Positions 30,039-39,626 of a DNA stretch of 64,000 nucleotides are shown here, in pieces (position 1 is the first letter of the stretch; each line of letters opens with the position of its first letter). The stretch comes from Clostridia bacterium (lineage in GTDB: Bacteria > Bacillota > Clostridia > UBA1212 > UBA1255). A program made the translations under genes and the position numbers. The notes below the pieces were generated by a model. It searched no databases. It was not told the origin of the DNA and saw nothing but the letters and a program-made list of their open reading frames with translations. The stretch is from the NCBI GenBank assembly GCA_017620915.1, contig JAFZSK010000011.1:4647-68646 (forward strand), in the 5' to 3' direction.

Positions 30039-30551
30039 CTAATTTACTTCATTATCGCATTCCACGAAGTCCGGCGTTCCGGCAAAAATGAACTCACTGC
30101 ATAAATACTCGAAAAGATTGCCGAAATAATTAACTCTACCGCCGTAGTCGGGTAGAATCGCGATCAGACTTCCGTCTGGTTTGATCCAAATAATGTCGTA
30201 GTAATAGTATCCGCCTGTCGCTACAGGAACGGTATCCGGACCAAACTTATCTCTCGTGTCAGGATCGTACCAGTACTGCAAAGCCTCCTCAGACGAATCA
30301 AAACCATCAATCAAGTCGAGCGTACAAACAAACCGGAAATCGATGCGGTTCTTGCTCCGAGTGGAAAAGCGACAATGATCAAGCACACCGTCCCACTCGC
30401 GGCAGAATTTCTCCGCCGCTTCGGTGTAAGGCACGCCTGCATTGCGATAACGCTTCACGAACTTATCGTGATCGTATTCATAAGCCCTGTGCGCTTTAGC
30501 AAATTCCACCATCGCGGCGATTCGTTCTTCTAACGTCCCGGTGAGTTCCAT
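30039..30551 (-). CDS. Hypothetical protein (weak resemblance to SUKH-type immunity proteins)
   Basis: 170-aa ORF. AAEKFCREWDG and VPVATGG..IWIKPDG are suggestive only. Confidence 0.5.
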   Translation of the reverse strand: MELTGTLEERIAAMVEFAKAHRAYEYDHDKFVKRYRNAGVPYTEAAEKFCREWDGVLDHCRFSTRSKNRIDFRFVCTLDLIDGFDSSEEALQYWYDPDTRDKFGPDTVPVATGGYYYYDIIWIKPDGSLIAILPDYGGRVNYFGNLFEYLCSEFIFAGTPDFVECDNEVN

Positions 30552-30557
30552 ATAGTT

Positions 30558-31259
30558 TTACTCCTTCTCCCACACACAAAACGTTTTAGCGCAGTGCTTT
30601 TGAACGCATATCTTTATCAGGTTGAACCAGCAGATACAGTGATCGAGGATGATCGAATCGGTCGTGATCACGTTATTCTTGTCCCACAGCGTCGAATCGA
30701 CGGCTTTCAGTATCTGAATATCGAGATCGAACGGATATTCTTCGCCGATCTCGGCGAGCAGCGTTTTCAGCCTCCCGGAATTCGACACCGGCTCGTCGAG
30801 CAGGACACGCGCGGTTTTGACATTTTGCTCTTTCAGCGTATCGAACAGCGCGTGAACGGCTTTCTCAGTCTCTGGGATAATACGATACGTACCGCGCAGG
30901 GCGGCAAGATCGCGTACCGTACCATCCATACATTCAAACAGGATCGAATCGGAAAACATAACTTCAAGCGTTATCACCGTGTTGAAGCCGTCTATCCAAA
31001 CTTCCGAGCCTTCAAGAGAGGTTTTCTCTTTTGCTTTTCTTGTTTTCAGCTGTTCATTGGAGGCAACGCTACGCGCGATCGCAAGCCTCTGACGCTCGGA
31101 CAATACGAAATGATTGCCGACAAACGTCGACGCCTGCTTCAAGTCGTATCCCTCGTTCAACAGGTAACAGATATGCCGCGATGCGGTTTTCATTGTCTTT
31201 ATTGCCGCCGGAGAAAAGTATCTTTCATCCTCCGGCACATATCCGCGCTTTGCGTTCAT
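30558..31259 (-). CDS. DUF434-domain protein
   Basis: YLLNEGY..FVGNHF..RQR, IDGFN, DGTVRDLA and PVSNSGRL. AAGGAG RBS before ATG 31259. Confidence 0.8.
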   Translation of the reverse strand: MNAKRGYVPEDERYFSPAAIKTMKTASRHICYLLNEGYDLKQASTFVGNHFVLSERQRLAIARSVASNEQLKTRKAKEKTSLEGSEVWIDGFNTVITLEVMFSDSILFECMDGTVRDLAALRGTYRIIPETEKAVHALFDTLKEQNVKTARVLLDEPVSNSGRLKTLLAEIGEEYPFDLDIQILKAVDSTLWDKNNVITTDSIILDHCICWFNLIKICVQKHCAKTFCVWEKE

Positions 31260-31287
31260 TCGCCTTCTCCTTTCCTGCGCTTTATCC

Positions 31288-31307
31288 CGACAAACCGGAA
31301 TTTGTTG
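31288..31307 (+). repeat. Putative recombination site, orientation A
   Basis: CGACAAA-CCGGAA-TTTGTTG. Confidence 0.75.
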
Positions 31308-31320
31308 ATCAGATGCGAAT

Positions 31321-31854
31321 TTATAACGCAGTGCCGTTTTTCGGCACATAGAAACCGCTAATATCAATACTTTCCATTTCCAGAAGTTTCATTTTCTTTT
31401 CTATACCGCCGGCATATCCAGTAAGATTTCCGTTTGCTCCGACAACACGGTGGCATGGGATGATGAGAGATATGGAATTATGCCCGACTGCTCCGCCGAC
31501 CGCCTGAGCTGACATCCGCGTAATACCTGTGTCTTTAGCAAGCTTCTCGGCAATCTCTCCGTAAGTCATAGTATTTCCGTATGGGATATTTAGCATGATT
31601 TTCCAGACCGACTTACGAAATTCTGTCGTTTTCATATTAATCGGTGGTGTGAAACCGGGTTCCTTACCGCTGAAATAGATATCAAGCCACTTATCCGTCT
31701 GTCTGAAAACGAGCAGTTCCTTTTCTTCACAATCGGAGTCCAATGTATCTGCAAAATACTTCTGGCCGTCAAACCAAAGCCCGATCAGATGATCACCGTC
31801 AGAAGCTTCAGTTATCCCGCCGAGCGGTGAATCATAGTGATGCGTATATTCCAT
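31321..31854 (-). CDS. ogt: Methylated-DNA--protein-cysteine methyltransferase
   Basis: IPYG.T.TYG, AVGGAVG.N, active site PCHRV, LTGYAGG. Confidence 0.92.
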   Translation of the reverse strand: MEYTHHYDSPLGGITEASDGDHLIGLWFDGQKYFADTLDSDCEEKELLVFRQTDKWLDIYFSGKEPGFTPPINMKTTEFRKSVWKIMLNIPYGNTMTYGEIAEKLAKDTGITRMSAQAVGGAVGHNSISLIIPCHRVVGANGNLTGYAGGIEKKMKLLEMESIDISGFYVPKNGTAL

Positions 31855-31870
31855 AGTCAGAATTTCTCCT

Positions 31871-31890
31871 CCGCAAATCCCAGTTTGTCG
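31871..31890 (-). repeat. Putative recombination site, orientation B
   Basis: CCGCAAA-TCCCAG-TTTGTCG. 31873-31892 is identical to 50104-50123. Confidence 0.75.
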
Positions 31891-31908
31891 AGCTCTTAGC
31901 CCGATATT

Positions 31909-31936
31909 ATTATACCATTTTTGCCCCATAATTCAA
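31909..31936 (-). promoter_or_regulatory. Sigma-A promoter at the head of the cassette array
   Basis: TTGAAT-16 nt-TATAAT with a TGn extension, reading into the first site and ogt. Confidence 0.6.
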
Positions 31937-32244
31937 TGAACCCTAACACAATTCTGTCACATTAGCGGATATTATATCCGTTACGTTTGAATGACTTTTT
32001 CCATATGTCATTAGAAAAACAGAGTACTTATTGAAGTGCCCAAAAGCATTGTAACATATAGCTTTTGTGACACTTTTTATCCTCCATTTCTTTACATTTG
32101 GAGGTCTCAGAATCCCCTCACTTTTCGGACTAATTCTAATGTGATTCTAATGTCATTTTTGTACGCTCATTAGATATTTGGCTTATTCCGGCAAAACAAG
32201 CATAAGTATATCTCTTTCCAAAGCCCAGATCACGATAAAATCGC

Positions 32245-32272
32245 GAATTCCGTGATTATAATCACGAAATTC
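32245..32272. promoter_or_regulatory. 28-bp near-perfect palindrome (putative operator)
   Basis: GAATTCCGTGATTATAATCACGAAATTC, with a perfect 16-bp core at 32251-32266. Confidence 0.55.
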
Positions 32273-32379
32273 TTAAAAAATCCGTGAAATTGTCTCTGGA
32301 CTTTGTTCTGTTTCTGTTTATATTGTTGTTGCCAACGCAAAACCGCGGCGGCGGCAATACTAAAACAGAGGTGAGTAAT

Positions 32380-32535
32380 ATGAAACCAGTTGACCCGGCC
32401 GAGTACACAAAAATACTAAACGATAGTCCAGTGGCAATGATGGCAAAAGAAGCCGCAGTGATCGGGCGCGAATACAGGATCCCGAAGACGGAGTTGCTCG
32501 CGTTTATCAGCGGAAACTCATCTGCCGAAGAGTGA
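32380..32535 (+). pseudogene. Truncated excisionase-like (MerR/HTH_17) gene
   Basis: GAGGTG RBS. The 51-aa product keeps the wing motif IGREYRIPKTELLAFI but lacks most of the HTH. Confidence 0.55.
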
Positions 32536-32685
32536 GCAAAAAAGGCCCGAAAAAAGAGAATTTGCAGTTCGCTTTCTCGCTATCTTGTGCTAAAATAGGT
32601 AGCGCAAGAGTTCGCTGAAAGCGAAGGTTCGAAATTTGTCGGGCGGGGACAATGCCCGTTCAGCGAGCTTAAGGAGACGTAATAA

Positions 32686-33483
32686 ATGACCGGAATATCG
32701 ATCCCGTTCAATGGAATATATGACGAAGAGGCAATGGAAGAGTTCCTTCCGGCACTGAGGCAAGCGAAAGATCTCGGTGCCGAAAGCATCGAAATACGCA
32801 ACGTCAGACCAGAATACGATCCGAAAGAAGTCGCGAAAGCGGTTGACTATTTCACAGATTTCGGCTTCCAGATCTCGGTGCACGGAGCGATGATGTCGCC
32901 CGAAACCGCGGTCGAAGACGTTTTCGCACCGCTCTCGGAGATTCTTCCCGGGCTGAAACAGAAATCGCTCAACATAACCGTGCACCCGTTCGATGGGGAC
33001 AATACGGCGGCGCTGACGAGGCTTTCCGATCATATAATCAAAAACCGCCTTCCGGTCACGATAGCGCTGGAAAACAATCGCCTTATGCCCGATGGAAGTC
33101 AGGGCGACTGCGCGGAATACATCCTAGACGCCGTGAAAAAGACGGACAGACCGAACGTCGGCATCTGCTTCGATCTCGGACACTATCTTTATTTCGTACT
33201 GAAAAACCATCCCGAAAAACCGGATATGCTGCCATCAAAAGAGTTTTACAGCCGTGTCATCCACACCCATATTCACGCGCTGCGCGGTCACAGCACGCAT
33301 TATCCATTGACTGAAGAGTATTATATGCCACTGGCGGAATACCTCGCCCCGCTCGCGCCATCCTTTTCCGGGATCTTCAATCTGGAACTTAGTTTTAACA
33401 AATTTGCCGACTCCATGTCGCCCGCCGATGCGCTCGCGGTTTCGATGAAATCTCTTCGTGCAGCATTGTCCGCACTCAGCTGA
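32686..33483 (+). CDS. Sugar phosphate isomerase/epimerase (xylose-isomerase-like TIM barrel)
   Basis: TVHP, IALEN, GICFDLGH, HTHIH and NLE. Confidence 0.8.
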   Translation: MTGISIPFNGIYDEEAMEEFLPALRQAKDLGAESIEIRNVRPEYDPKEVAKAVDYFTDFGFQISVHGAMMSPETAVEDVFAPLSEILPGLKQKSLNITVHPFDGDNTAALTRLSDHIIKNRLPVTIALENNRLMPDGSQGDCAEYILDAVKKTDRPNVGICFDLGHYLYFVLKNHPEKPDMLPSKEFYSRVIHTHIHALRGHSTHYPLTEEYYMPLAEYLAPLAPSFSGIFNLELSFNKFADSMSPADALAVSMKSLRAALSALS

Positions 33484-33484
33484 A

Positions 33485-35494
33485 TTATGCTTTCTTCTTT
33501 TTCTTCGAAGCAGCAGTCACGGCAGCAACACCTGCTGCCGCAGCCAGCACACCACCGGTGATCGCGGGAATTATCCAGCCGTTTTTCTTCTTGGAAGCGG
33601 CATCATCCGATTCGTGAGATTCTGTTGCCTCCGGTGTTCCCGGCGCCCCGGTGGGTTCCTCAGCCGGTTTCGGCGCCAGTTCCGGCAATTCCTGCGTACA
33701 GATATACATATCGTGGACTGTCACCAGGAAGTACGACGGTTCGTCGCCGTTCACATCGAAACCTACGGCAGTGAAAATCGGGTCGTCGTTGACGAAGATC
33801 GATTTTGACCATTTGCCGTGATCGCAGAAGATCGCCGAAGGCATAAACAGATAGCCGTCAAAACCCTCGGGGATGCCGTAACTGTAGCGGCCGTTATTTT
33901 GTGCAAGTTCCGCAGCGGGTTCGTTGATCACGCTGACCGTACCGTCAGTCCCAACCAGATACAGATCCAGACCCATCTTGCCCATGTAGGCGTGGTCGTG
34001 ACCGGGCGTATCAGGCTGGAAACAGAACCATACGTCACCGTCGCTCTTGTTGGTCAAGGATAGGACAACGTACTTCGCTCCGGTCAGTTTACCCTCCTCC
34101 TTGAGCATCGGTGCTGTTATACCGTAGCGGTCAACGCAGCTCGCGGCATTCTCCTCGCTCAGCACTATATCGCCGTCAATGATCTCGCATTCACCGTATT
34201 CCCACGGATCGACAACAGACTCGTCAAAAGTTTCTACCAGCCTGAGCTGTACCTTTTTGTCTTCATAGTCGATTTCCGTATTTCCGGTCAGAATAACCAC
34301 GTCTTTGACCGACATATCCAGATCGTAATTTCCCGGAAGCTCAATGCCCATGTACATACCGTTTATGTACAGATTCTCCCACTTGGCGTTTTTCATATAG
34401 CCGGCGTTTTTCGCTTCGCTAAGAGCGCGCCGTATGAGCGGCAGAAGTTCCACGTCGATGTCTTTCCATTCGTTGAATATCATCTGACCGGTGCTGTCGT
34501 AGAAATTGTTGTCTTCGCTGTAAAAATTTGAAGAGGCAATATTGAAGATCCACTTTCCGGTAGCAGAATCCTTACTGCCCACATCCGGGAAACTCATTTC
34601 GGAAACGAAGGCCTCGCGGTTGTCGAATACAGGAAGACCGAACCACAACATATCGGTATAGCGCCCGGTCGTCTCGTCGTAATTGGCCACGAAGAGGTAG
34701 AACATGAATATGGCTGAGTGAAGCGCAGGGTCCGCTGTTCCATTCGTATTGTCCGCAAAGGCATTGAGCCGGGCGCTGAGCTTGACCCTGACTGAATCAT
34801 GCTCCGAGATCTTCGTCTCAGGCATCGGAAGATCCATAGTCTGTTCGAGCAGCAGATGCGGCCATTCCTGCCCCTCTTCCCGGTTTGGCTGTGTATAGCA
34901 TTCGGAGCCCTTCAAGGCGAGCCGTATCTCCCCTTCCACAGTATTCACTTCAACTGTTTTGGATTGGTTGTCATACTTGTAAACGCCGTTTCCTTCATCC
35001 GTAAACCGGTAATTGAAGGTCTGCTCGCCGTTTTTGATCTCATAAGTCGTGTTTTCCTTGTCGTGGAACGGATATCGGGAAGCCCACTGGCACAGATTCC
35101 AGGCCGGGGTTTGTCCCTCGCGCCCGTGATCAAATATGACCATCGGATCGTACATATCCATTTCCGGGAAAGATTCGATCGGATCTGAGTAGATCGGTCT
35201 TCCGAGGCCTCTTACTACAAACCCTTGTGCAAAAGTCCGGTCACGCAATATTGAGATCTCATTCCGGTTCATTTTGTTCTCCTCTTTATCCGTTTCGATC
35301 GAAGTCGGCTCAAACGATGCGGGCGTATCTATATCGGGCGCTGCGGTGCTGTCATCGGTGGGCAACGTTGCCAACGGTGCATCTGTTTTATTTTCCGTAA
35401 GGGTCGATCCGGACAGGCAGCCTGCCAGCAGCGAGAAACACAACAGTAACGCAGTAAAAGCAATATTTATTTTTATACTCTTTATACGCTCCAT
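33485..35494 (-). CDS. Lipoprotein with a C-terminal membrane anchor, unknown function
   Basis: Lipobox LAGC; C-terminal TM and KKKK tail. Its C-terminal domain is shared with 44516-46195. Confidence 0.75.
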   Translation of the reverse strand: MERIKSIKINIAFTALLLCFSLLAGCLSGSTLTENKTDAPLATLPTDDSTAAPDIDTPASFEPTSIETDKEENKMNRNEISILRDRTFAQGFVVRGLGRPIYSDPIESFPEMDMYDPMVIFDHGREGQTPAWNLCQWASRYPFHDKENTTYEIKNGEQTFNYRFTDEGNGVYKYDNQSKTVEVNTVEGEIRLALKGSECYTQPNREEGQEWPHLLLEQTMDLPMPETKISEHDSVRVKLSARLNAFADNTNGTADPALHSAIFMFYLFVANYDETTGRYTDMLWFGLPVFDNREAFVSEMSFPDVGSKDSATGKWIFNIASSNFYSEDNNFYDSTGQMIFNEWKDIDVELLPLIRRALSEAKNAGYMKNAKWENLYINGMYMGIELPGNYDLDMSVKDVVILTGNTEIDYEDKKVQLRLVETFDESVVDPWEYGECEIIDGDIVLSEENAASCVDRYGITAPMLKEEGKLTGAKYVVLSLTNKSDGDVWFCFQPDTPGHDHAYMGKMGLDLYLVGTDGTVSVINEPAAELAQNNGRYSYGIPEGFDGYLFMPSAIFCDHGKWSKSIFVNDDPIFTAVGFDVNGDEPSYFLVTVHDMYICTQELPELAPKPAEEPTGAPGTPEATESHESDDAASKKKNGWIIPAITGGVLAAAAGVAAVTAASKKKKKA

Positions 35495-35545
35495 TTCATT
35501 ATCTCCGCGTCGTACCCCGTTTTCGTTTCGTCTTTCGCGTCTCGA

Positions 35546-37108
35546 TCATTCAAAAAACGCTTTCTCAATTTCCATGCAGATATGATGGTAGATAGGCAGA
35601 TGCAATTCCTGAACCTTATAGGTTTCGGTTTCGGGTGCGCAAATACAAATATCAGCTATTCCCTTTAACTTACCGCCCGACTGTCCGGTAAGGGCAATAA
35701 CAGTAAGCCCCAGTCCCTTTGCCACCTGAGCGGCGGCAACACAGTTTTTCGAATTGCCCGACGTACTGATGCACATCAGCACATCGTTCTTTCGCCCGAG
35801 CCCCATCAAACACTGCGCATAGACCAGTTCGGAGTCAACGTCGTTGCAAAAGGCAGTATTCAGTCCCGCGAAACTCGGCAGAGAGATCGCCGGAACCGCC
35901 CTTTGCAGCTTTGCCAGAACCTCATCCGTAAGCTCCGGATTGTATTTCTTCATTTGCGCCTTTTGTGCTTCGCTCAACGCTCTTTTCGACAAAAAGCCTT
36001 TCATCAGTTCGCCGACAATATGCTCGCAGTCGGCACAGCTGCCGCCGTTTCCACACAGCAGTAATTTGCCCTCATTTTGGAAAGCGGAAATGATGATTTT
36101 TGTCGCTGTTTCGATCTCAGCCCGGCAGCTGTTTAGCACCGGATAATGCGTAAATAAATCATCCGTGTTTTGTTCTTCCAGCAAGGCAACTCCTATAGCG
36201 GCATGATCACCGAAGGACTCTCCGAGCTTTGCAGGTACGACCCGGCAAACTCCGGCGGAGATCGGCAGTGCTTCACGGTCGATAACTTCTTTAGTATATT
36301 GCCACAGCAGATTTTGAGAGCGGGTGAAAATACTGCCGATGACGATGCATTCGGGGTTTAAAATATCGATCAGCACGGACAATCCCTGGCCCAGTTTTTC
36401 GCCGCAGGTTTTATACACTTCGATCGCTGTTGCATCGCCGTTGTCGGCGGCAATCGAAATGGTTTTGGCATTGACCTCATCAGCGGCATACATCGGAACG
36501 ATGCCGTTTTTAAGGGCCTGATCCAAATACTGTTTTCCCAGCTGTGCCAGACCGCCGCCGCTGCAAAAGCCTTCAAACGAACCGCTTTTACCGTATCCCA
36601 CCGGACCGTCTTTTTCAATGCGGATATGCCCGACTTCACCGGCGTTGTCGTTAGTGCCGGAATACAGGCGTCCGTCCAAAATAAGGCCGGCGCCGAGCCC
36701 CGTACCGAAGGTCAAAAATATCATGTTTTTTGTACCCTTGCCGGCGCCGAATTTCCATTCAGCCAAGGCACAGGCATTCGCATCATTTTGCAGATGTACC
36801 GGCACACCGAAATGGTTTTTGATCTGTAGGGCGATCGGCACACAGTCCCAGCCGGGCAGATTCGGGGGCCCTAAGATCAGTCCCCTGCTCGAGTCCAGCG
36901 GTCCGCCGCAGGAAATACCGATGGATTCGGGATGCTTTCCACCGCAGACCTTATCAGCCAGAGCTATCAGACGGTCTATCATCTCCCCCGGGCTGATGTT
37001 TAGATCAGTTGGTGCTTTTTCTTTGGCGGTAATGGTTATACCGTCTGGAGTCTTTTCTGCTGTTACTACGGCACATTTTGTGCCGCCGATATCGAAACCT
37101 AATATCAT
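35546..37108 (-). CDS. ROK-family sugar kinase fused to a SIS (GmhA-like) isomerase
   Basis: DIGGTK, NDANACALAE, GTGLG, GEVGH; then CGNGGS..HIVGEL, STSGNS, QELHL. Confidence 0.88.
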   Translation of the reverse strand: MILGFDIGGTKCAVVTAEKTPDGITITAKEKAPTDLNISPGEMIDRLIALADKVCGGKHPESIGISCGGPLDSSRGLILGPPNLPGWDCVPIALQIKNHFGVPVHLQNDANACALAEWKFGAGKGTKNMIFLTFGTGLGAGLILDGRLYSGTNDNAGEVGHIRIEKDGPVGYGKSGSFEGFCSGGGLAQLGKQYLDQALKNGIVPMYAADEVNAKTISIAADNGDATAIEVYKTCGEKLGQGLSVLIDILNPECIVIGSIFTRSQNLLWQYTKEVIDREALPISAGVCRVVPAKLGESFGDHAAIGVALLEEQNTDDLFTHYPVLNSCRAEIETATKIIISAFQNEGKLLLCGNGGSCADCEHIVGELMKGFLSKRALSEAQKAQMKKYNPELTDEVLAKLQRAVPAISLPSFAGLNTAFCNDVDSELVYAQCLMGLGRKNDVLMCISTSGNSKNCVAAAQVAKGLGLTVIALTGQSGGKLKGIADICICAPETETYKVQELHLPIYHHICMEIEKAFFE

Positions 37109-37129
37109 ATCACAAACCCATTCCGTCTT

Positions 37130-39610
37130 TCAGAACTGTTTTATTTCGTCGATCAACGTGATCTCTTGGAGCATATTATCATTAACTCGATACGTTTTCA
37201 ACTCATAATTTCCGAAATCGATTTCTTCTTTGACATTAAATGCATCAAGCTTGATTTCAGCACAAACCGGTTTGTCAAGGGTATTAAACAAATGCATGAT
37301 ATAACCGTTCCCGTCCTCTGCCTTCTTGAGCGCGTCAAGGCGGACATTCTTGATCTCGAAGTTTTTGAAATTGCTTTTCCCTTCGCCACCGGGAAAGTAC
37401 GAAATTGCGACCGGTGCCTCGTTGATGTATTGTGCAGCCTTATCGGTTTCGATCAAAACGTTTTCTTTGTCCCCTGCCAGCACCCTGAATCTGAACTCGC
37501 TCTCATTTTGATCCATCCGGTGGTGGAAGCAGGGATCTTCCATCAGCATTCTGTCACCGATATCATGGCAGGAATATGCCGGTGAACGCAAAAGACTCAA
37601 TCGTATCCCGCCCTTATCCGTATCTAAGCCGTAACAGGTTTGGTTGATCACCGCCAACGCCCGGTCGTTTTCACAAGCCATGACCCATTTGTGGGCGACC
37701 TGCTCATAATCTTTATTTAACGGTTTCACCCCGAACATATCTTCGCCCGCGTACTGAGGAGCGTCAAAAGAATTCGGTATATTCAGTTTTAACAGGGTAT
37801 CCTTCTCGTTCCAGTAAAGCGTAAGTTTGATTTCAAACGCTTTTGAATGATTTGAAAAAACGTACACCAGTCTGGCTCTCGAAGTTTTGAAGCCCAATAA
37901 CACTTCGACCAGAGTGCGTACTTCGCCCGAATCGATGACATTAATCGGACAGATCTCCTTTTCATTTGTCCCCGCAAAAACGGCAGCTTCTTTTCTGCTA
38001 AGCGGTTTAAACTTTCCTAACAGTTTGCCATGATAAAGCGTTTCTCTGAGCCGCCACGGGTTCGGACAATCCTCATAAACAAGCAGCTCACCCAAGCCAT
38101 GAGCAGCATAATTCCGACCGTTTACAACATATTCGGTAATGCTGCCCGTAGACGGATCCAGGACGACTTTCATATAACCGTTTTCAAATACAAACGGATC
38201 AACCTGTGATATGGCTTTAACGGTGCGGGGATTGTCGTCAACGATTCGCAGTTTGCAATCAAAACGGTTTGCGGACATTGGCTTCAATGTACCGTGGAAC
38301 GAGATCTTCTTGTGCCAGTCAAGAGGCATATTGCTGCCTTCTTTTTCCATTTGCGAAGGAAGCGGCCTGTCCCCGTCATACACTGTGGCGACCGTATAGT
38401 TATTGTCCCAGTTTTGATTTTGAAGCATGTATTCACACTCGAAATCATCTGTGATCTCATAAGGATGCGGATTGACAATGATGATCGGGATATCTGTGCC
38501 GGTTGCCCGAGGCTGGTCTGCACTGAGCGCGAAAAACGCCTTGGCTATTATTTGTTCGCATATCTCCAATCCGTGATCCAGTTTTTGGATCGTATCTTTT
38601 TCCGCGCTGCGGATCATTGTCCCCGGCAAAGAATCGTGAAATTCCGAGAACATAAGATCTTCATACGCTTCATAGATCTTTTCGCCCGGATAAGCCATCA
38701 AACCGTTTTTTTCACAAAGCGCTGAAAGCTTTTCCGAAACCGCCAGCCTGCCTTCAAGTTTTCTATGAAGCGCTTTGATCGAGTGCATTGACGTAATACT
38801 TCCGACGTTTACGGGATTTAAATCTTCATACCACAAAGGAAGATCAGCTTTTTCGATTTCGTTGACGTATTGTTCCGGAGTGGAATGCATGACCTTACTC
38901 TTATCAGAAACACGCTCTATCAGTTCATTAATTGCAATTATGTCTCTTCTGGAAGGACCGCCCCCATGGTTTCCAACTCCCCAGCACATAAGATACGCTT
39001 TATCCTCGGTATGTGAGTTTACATACTGTTCAACGGCTTTGCCCGCAGTGCCGAGCAGTGTATTGTATCCCCAGTCAAAATGGTGCGTTAGTATTTTGCT
39101 GCCGTCATAACCGACCCAAAGGAAATTCTGCCCGTCAATACCTTCGGGGATCCCTGTATCCGGTGTCGGTCTTAAATATAAATATGCATCATACCCGCAC
39201 TTGGCCAGGATCTGAACAAGGCCTCTGGAATGGCCGAAAGAATCAACGTTGACTGCCGCGTTGGGGCTGACGCCGAATTTATCTCTGAAATATTTCTGTC
39301 CGTATATGATTTGGCGAACTATGGATTCACCGCTGGGCATATTGCAATCCGGCTGCAGATACCAGCCGCCCATAATGTGCCATTTGCCTGCCTGAACGAG
39401 CTTTTGAATGCGCTTGAACAAGGGCGGATCGTACTCTTCTATCCATTGGTACAGCATGGCTTCGTTGTGATTGAAAACGAAATTGTCGAATTCCTCACAG
39501 AACTCTGCTGCAACTCTGAACGTCGAAAGAACCGTTGCTAATCCTTCATCCCATTTCCATTGCCACACAGGGTCAATATGCGCATTACATATTAAATGCA
39601 GTCTGTTCAT
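37130..39610 (-). CDS. GH38 alpha-mannosidase
   Basis: NAHIDPVWQW, DCNMPSGES..RQ, DSFGH, GVGNHGGGP, FHDSLPG. Confidence 0.9.
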   Translation of the reverse strand: MNRLHLICNAHIDPVWQWKWDEGLATVLSTFRVAAEFCEEFDNFVFNHNEAMLYQWIEEYDPPLFKRIQKLVQAGKWHIMGGWYLQPDCNMPSGESIVRQIIYGQKYFRDKFGVSPNAAVNVDSFGHSRGLVQILAKCGYDAYLYLRPTPDTGIPEGIDGQNFLWVGYDGSKILTHHFDWGYNTLLGTAGKAVEQYVNSHTEDKAYLMCWGVGNHGGGPSRRDIIAINELIERVSDKSKVMHSTPEQYVNEIEKADLPLWYEDLNPVNVGSITSMHSIKALHRKLEGRLAVSEKLSALCEKNGLMAYPGEKIYEAYEDLMFSEFHDSLPGTMIRSAEKDTIQKLDHGLEICEQIIAKAFFALSADQPRATGTDIPIIIVNPHPYEITDDFECEYMLQNQNWDNNYTVATVYDGDRPLPSQMEKEGSNMPLDWHKKISFHGTLKPMSANRFDCKLRIVDDNPRTVKAISQVDPFVFENGYMKVVLDPSTGSITEYVVNGRNYAAHGLGELLVYEDCPNPWRLRETLYHGKLLGKFKPLSRKEAAVFAGTNEKEICPINVIDSGEVRTLVEVLLGFKTSRARLVYVFSNHSKAFEIKLTLYWNEKDTLLKLNIPNSFDAPQYAGEDMFGVKPLNKDYEQVAHKWVMACENDRALAVINQTCYGLDTDKGGIRLSLLRSPAYSCHDIGDRMLMEDPCFHHRMDQNESEFRFRVLAGDKENVLIETDKAAQYINEAPVAISYFPGGEGKSNFKNFEIKNVRLDALKKAEDGNGYIMHLFNTLDKPVCAEIKLDAFNVKEEIDFGNYELKTYRVNDNMLQEITLIDEIKQF

Positions 39611-39626
39611 ATAATAAACTCCTCGC

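Noticed and set aside
25903-31890. Repeated 20-mers considered as a CRISPR array or integron attC sites
   Set aside because: Spacing is gene-sized and irregular, orientation varies, no cas or intI gene is present, and there are no long attC hairpins with GTTRRRY ends.
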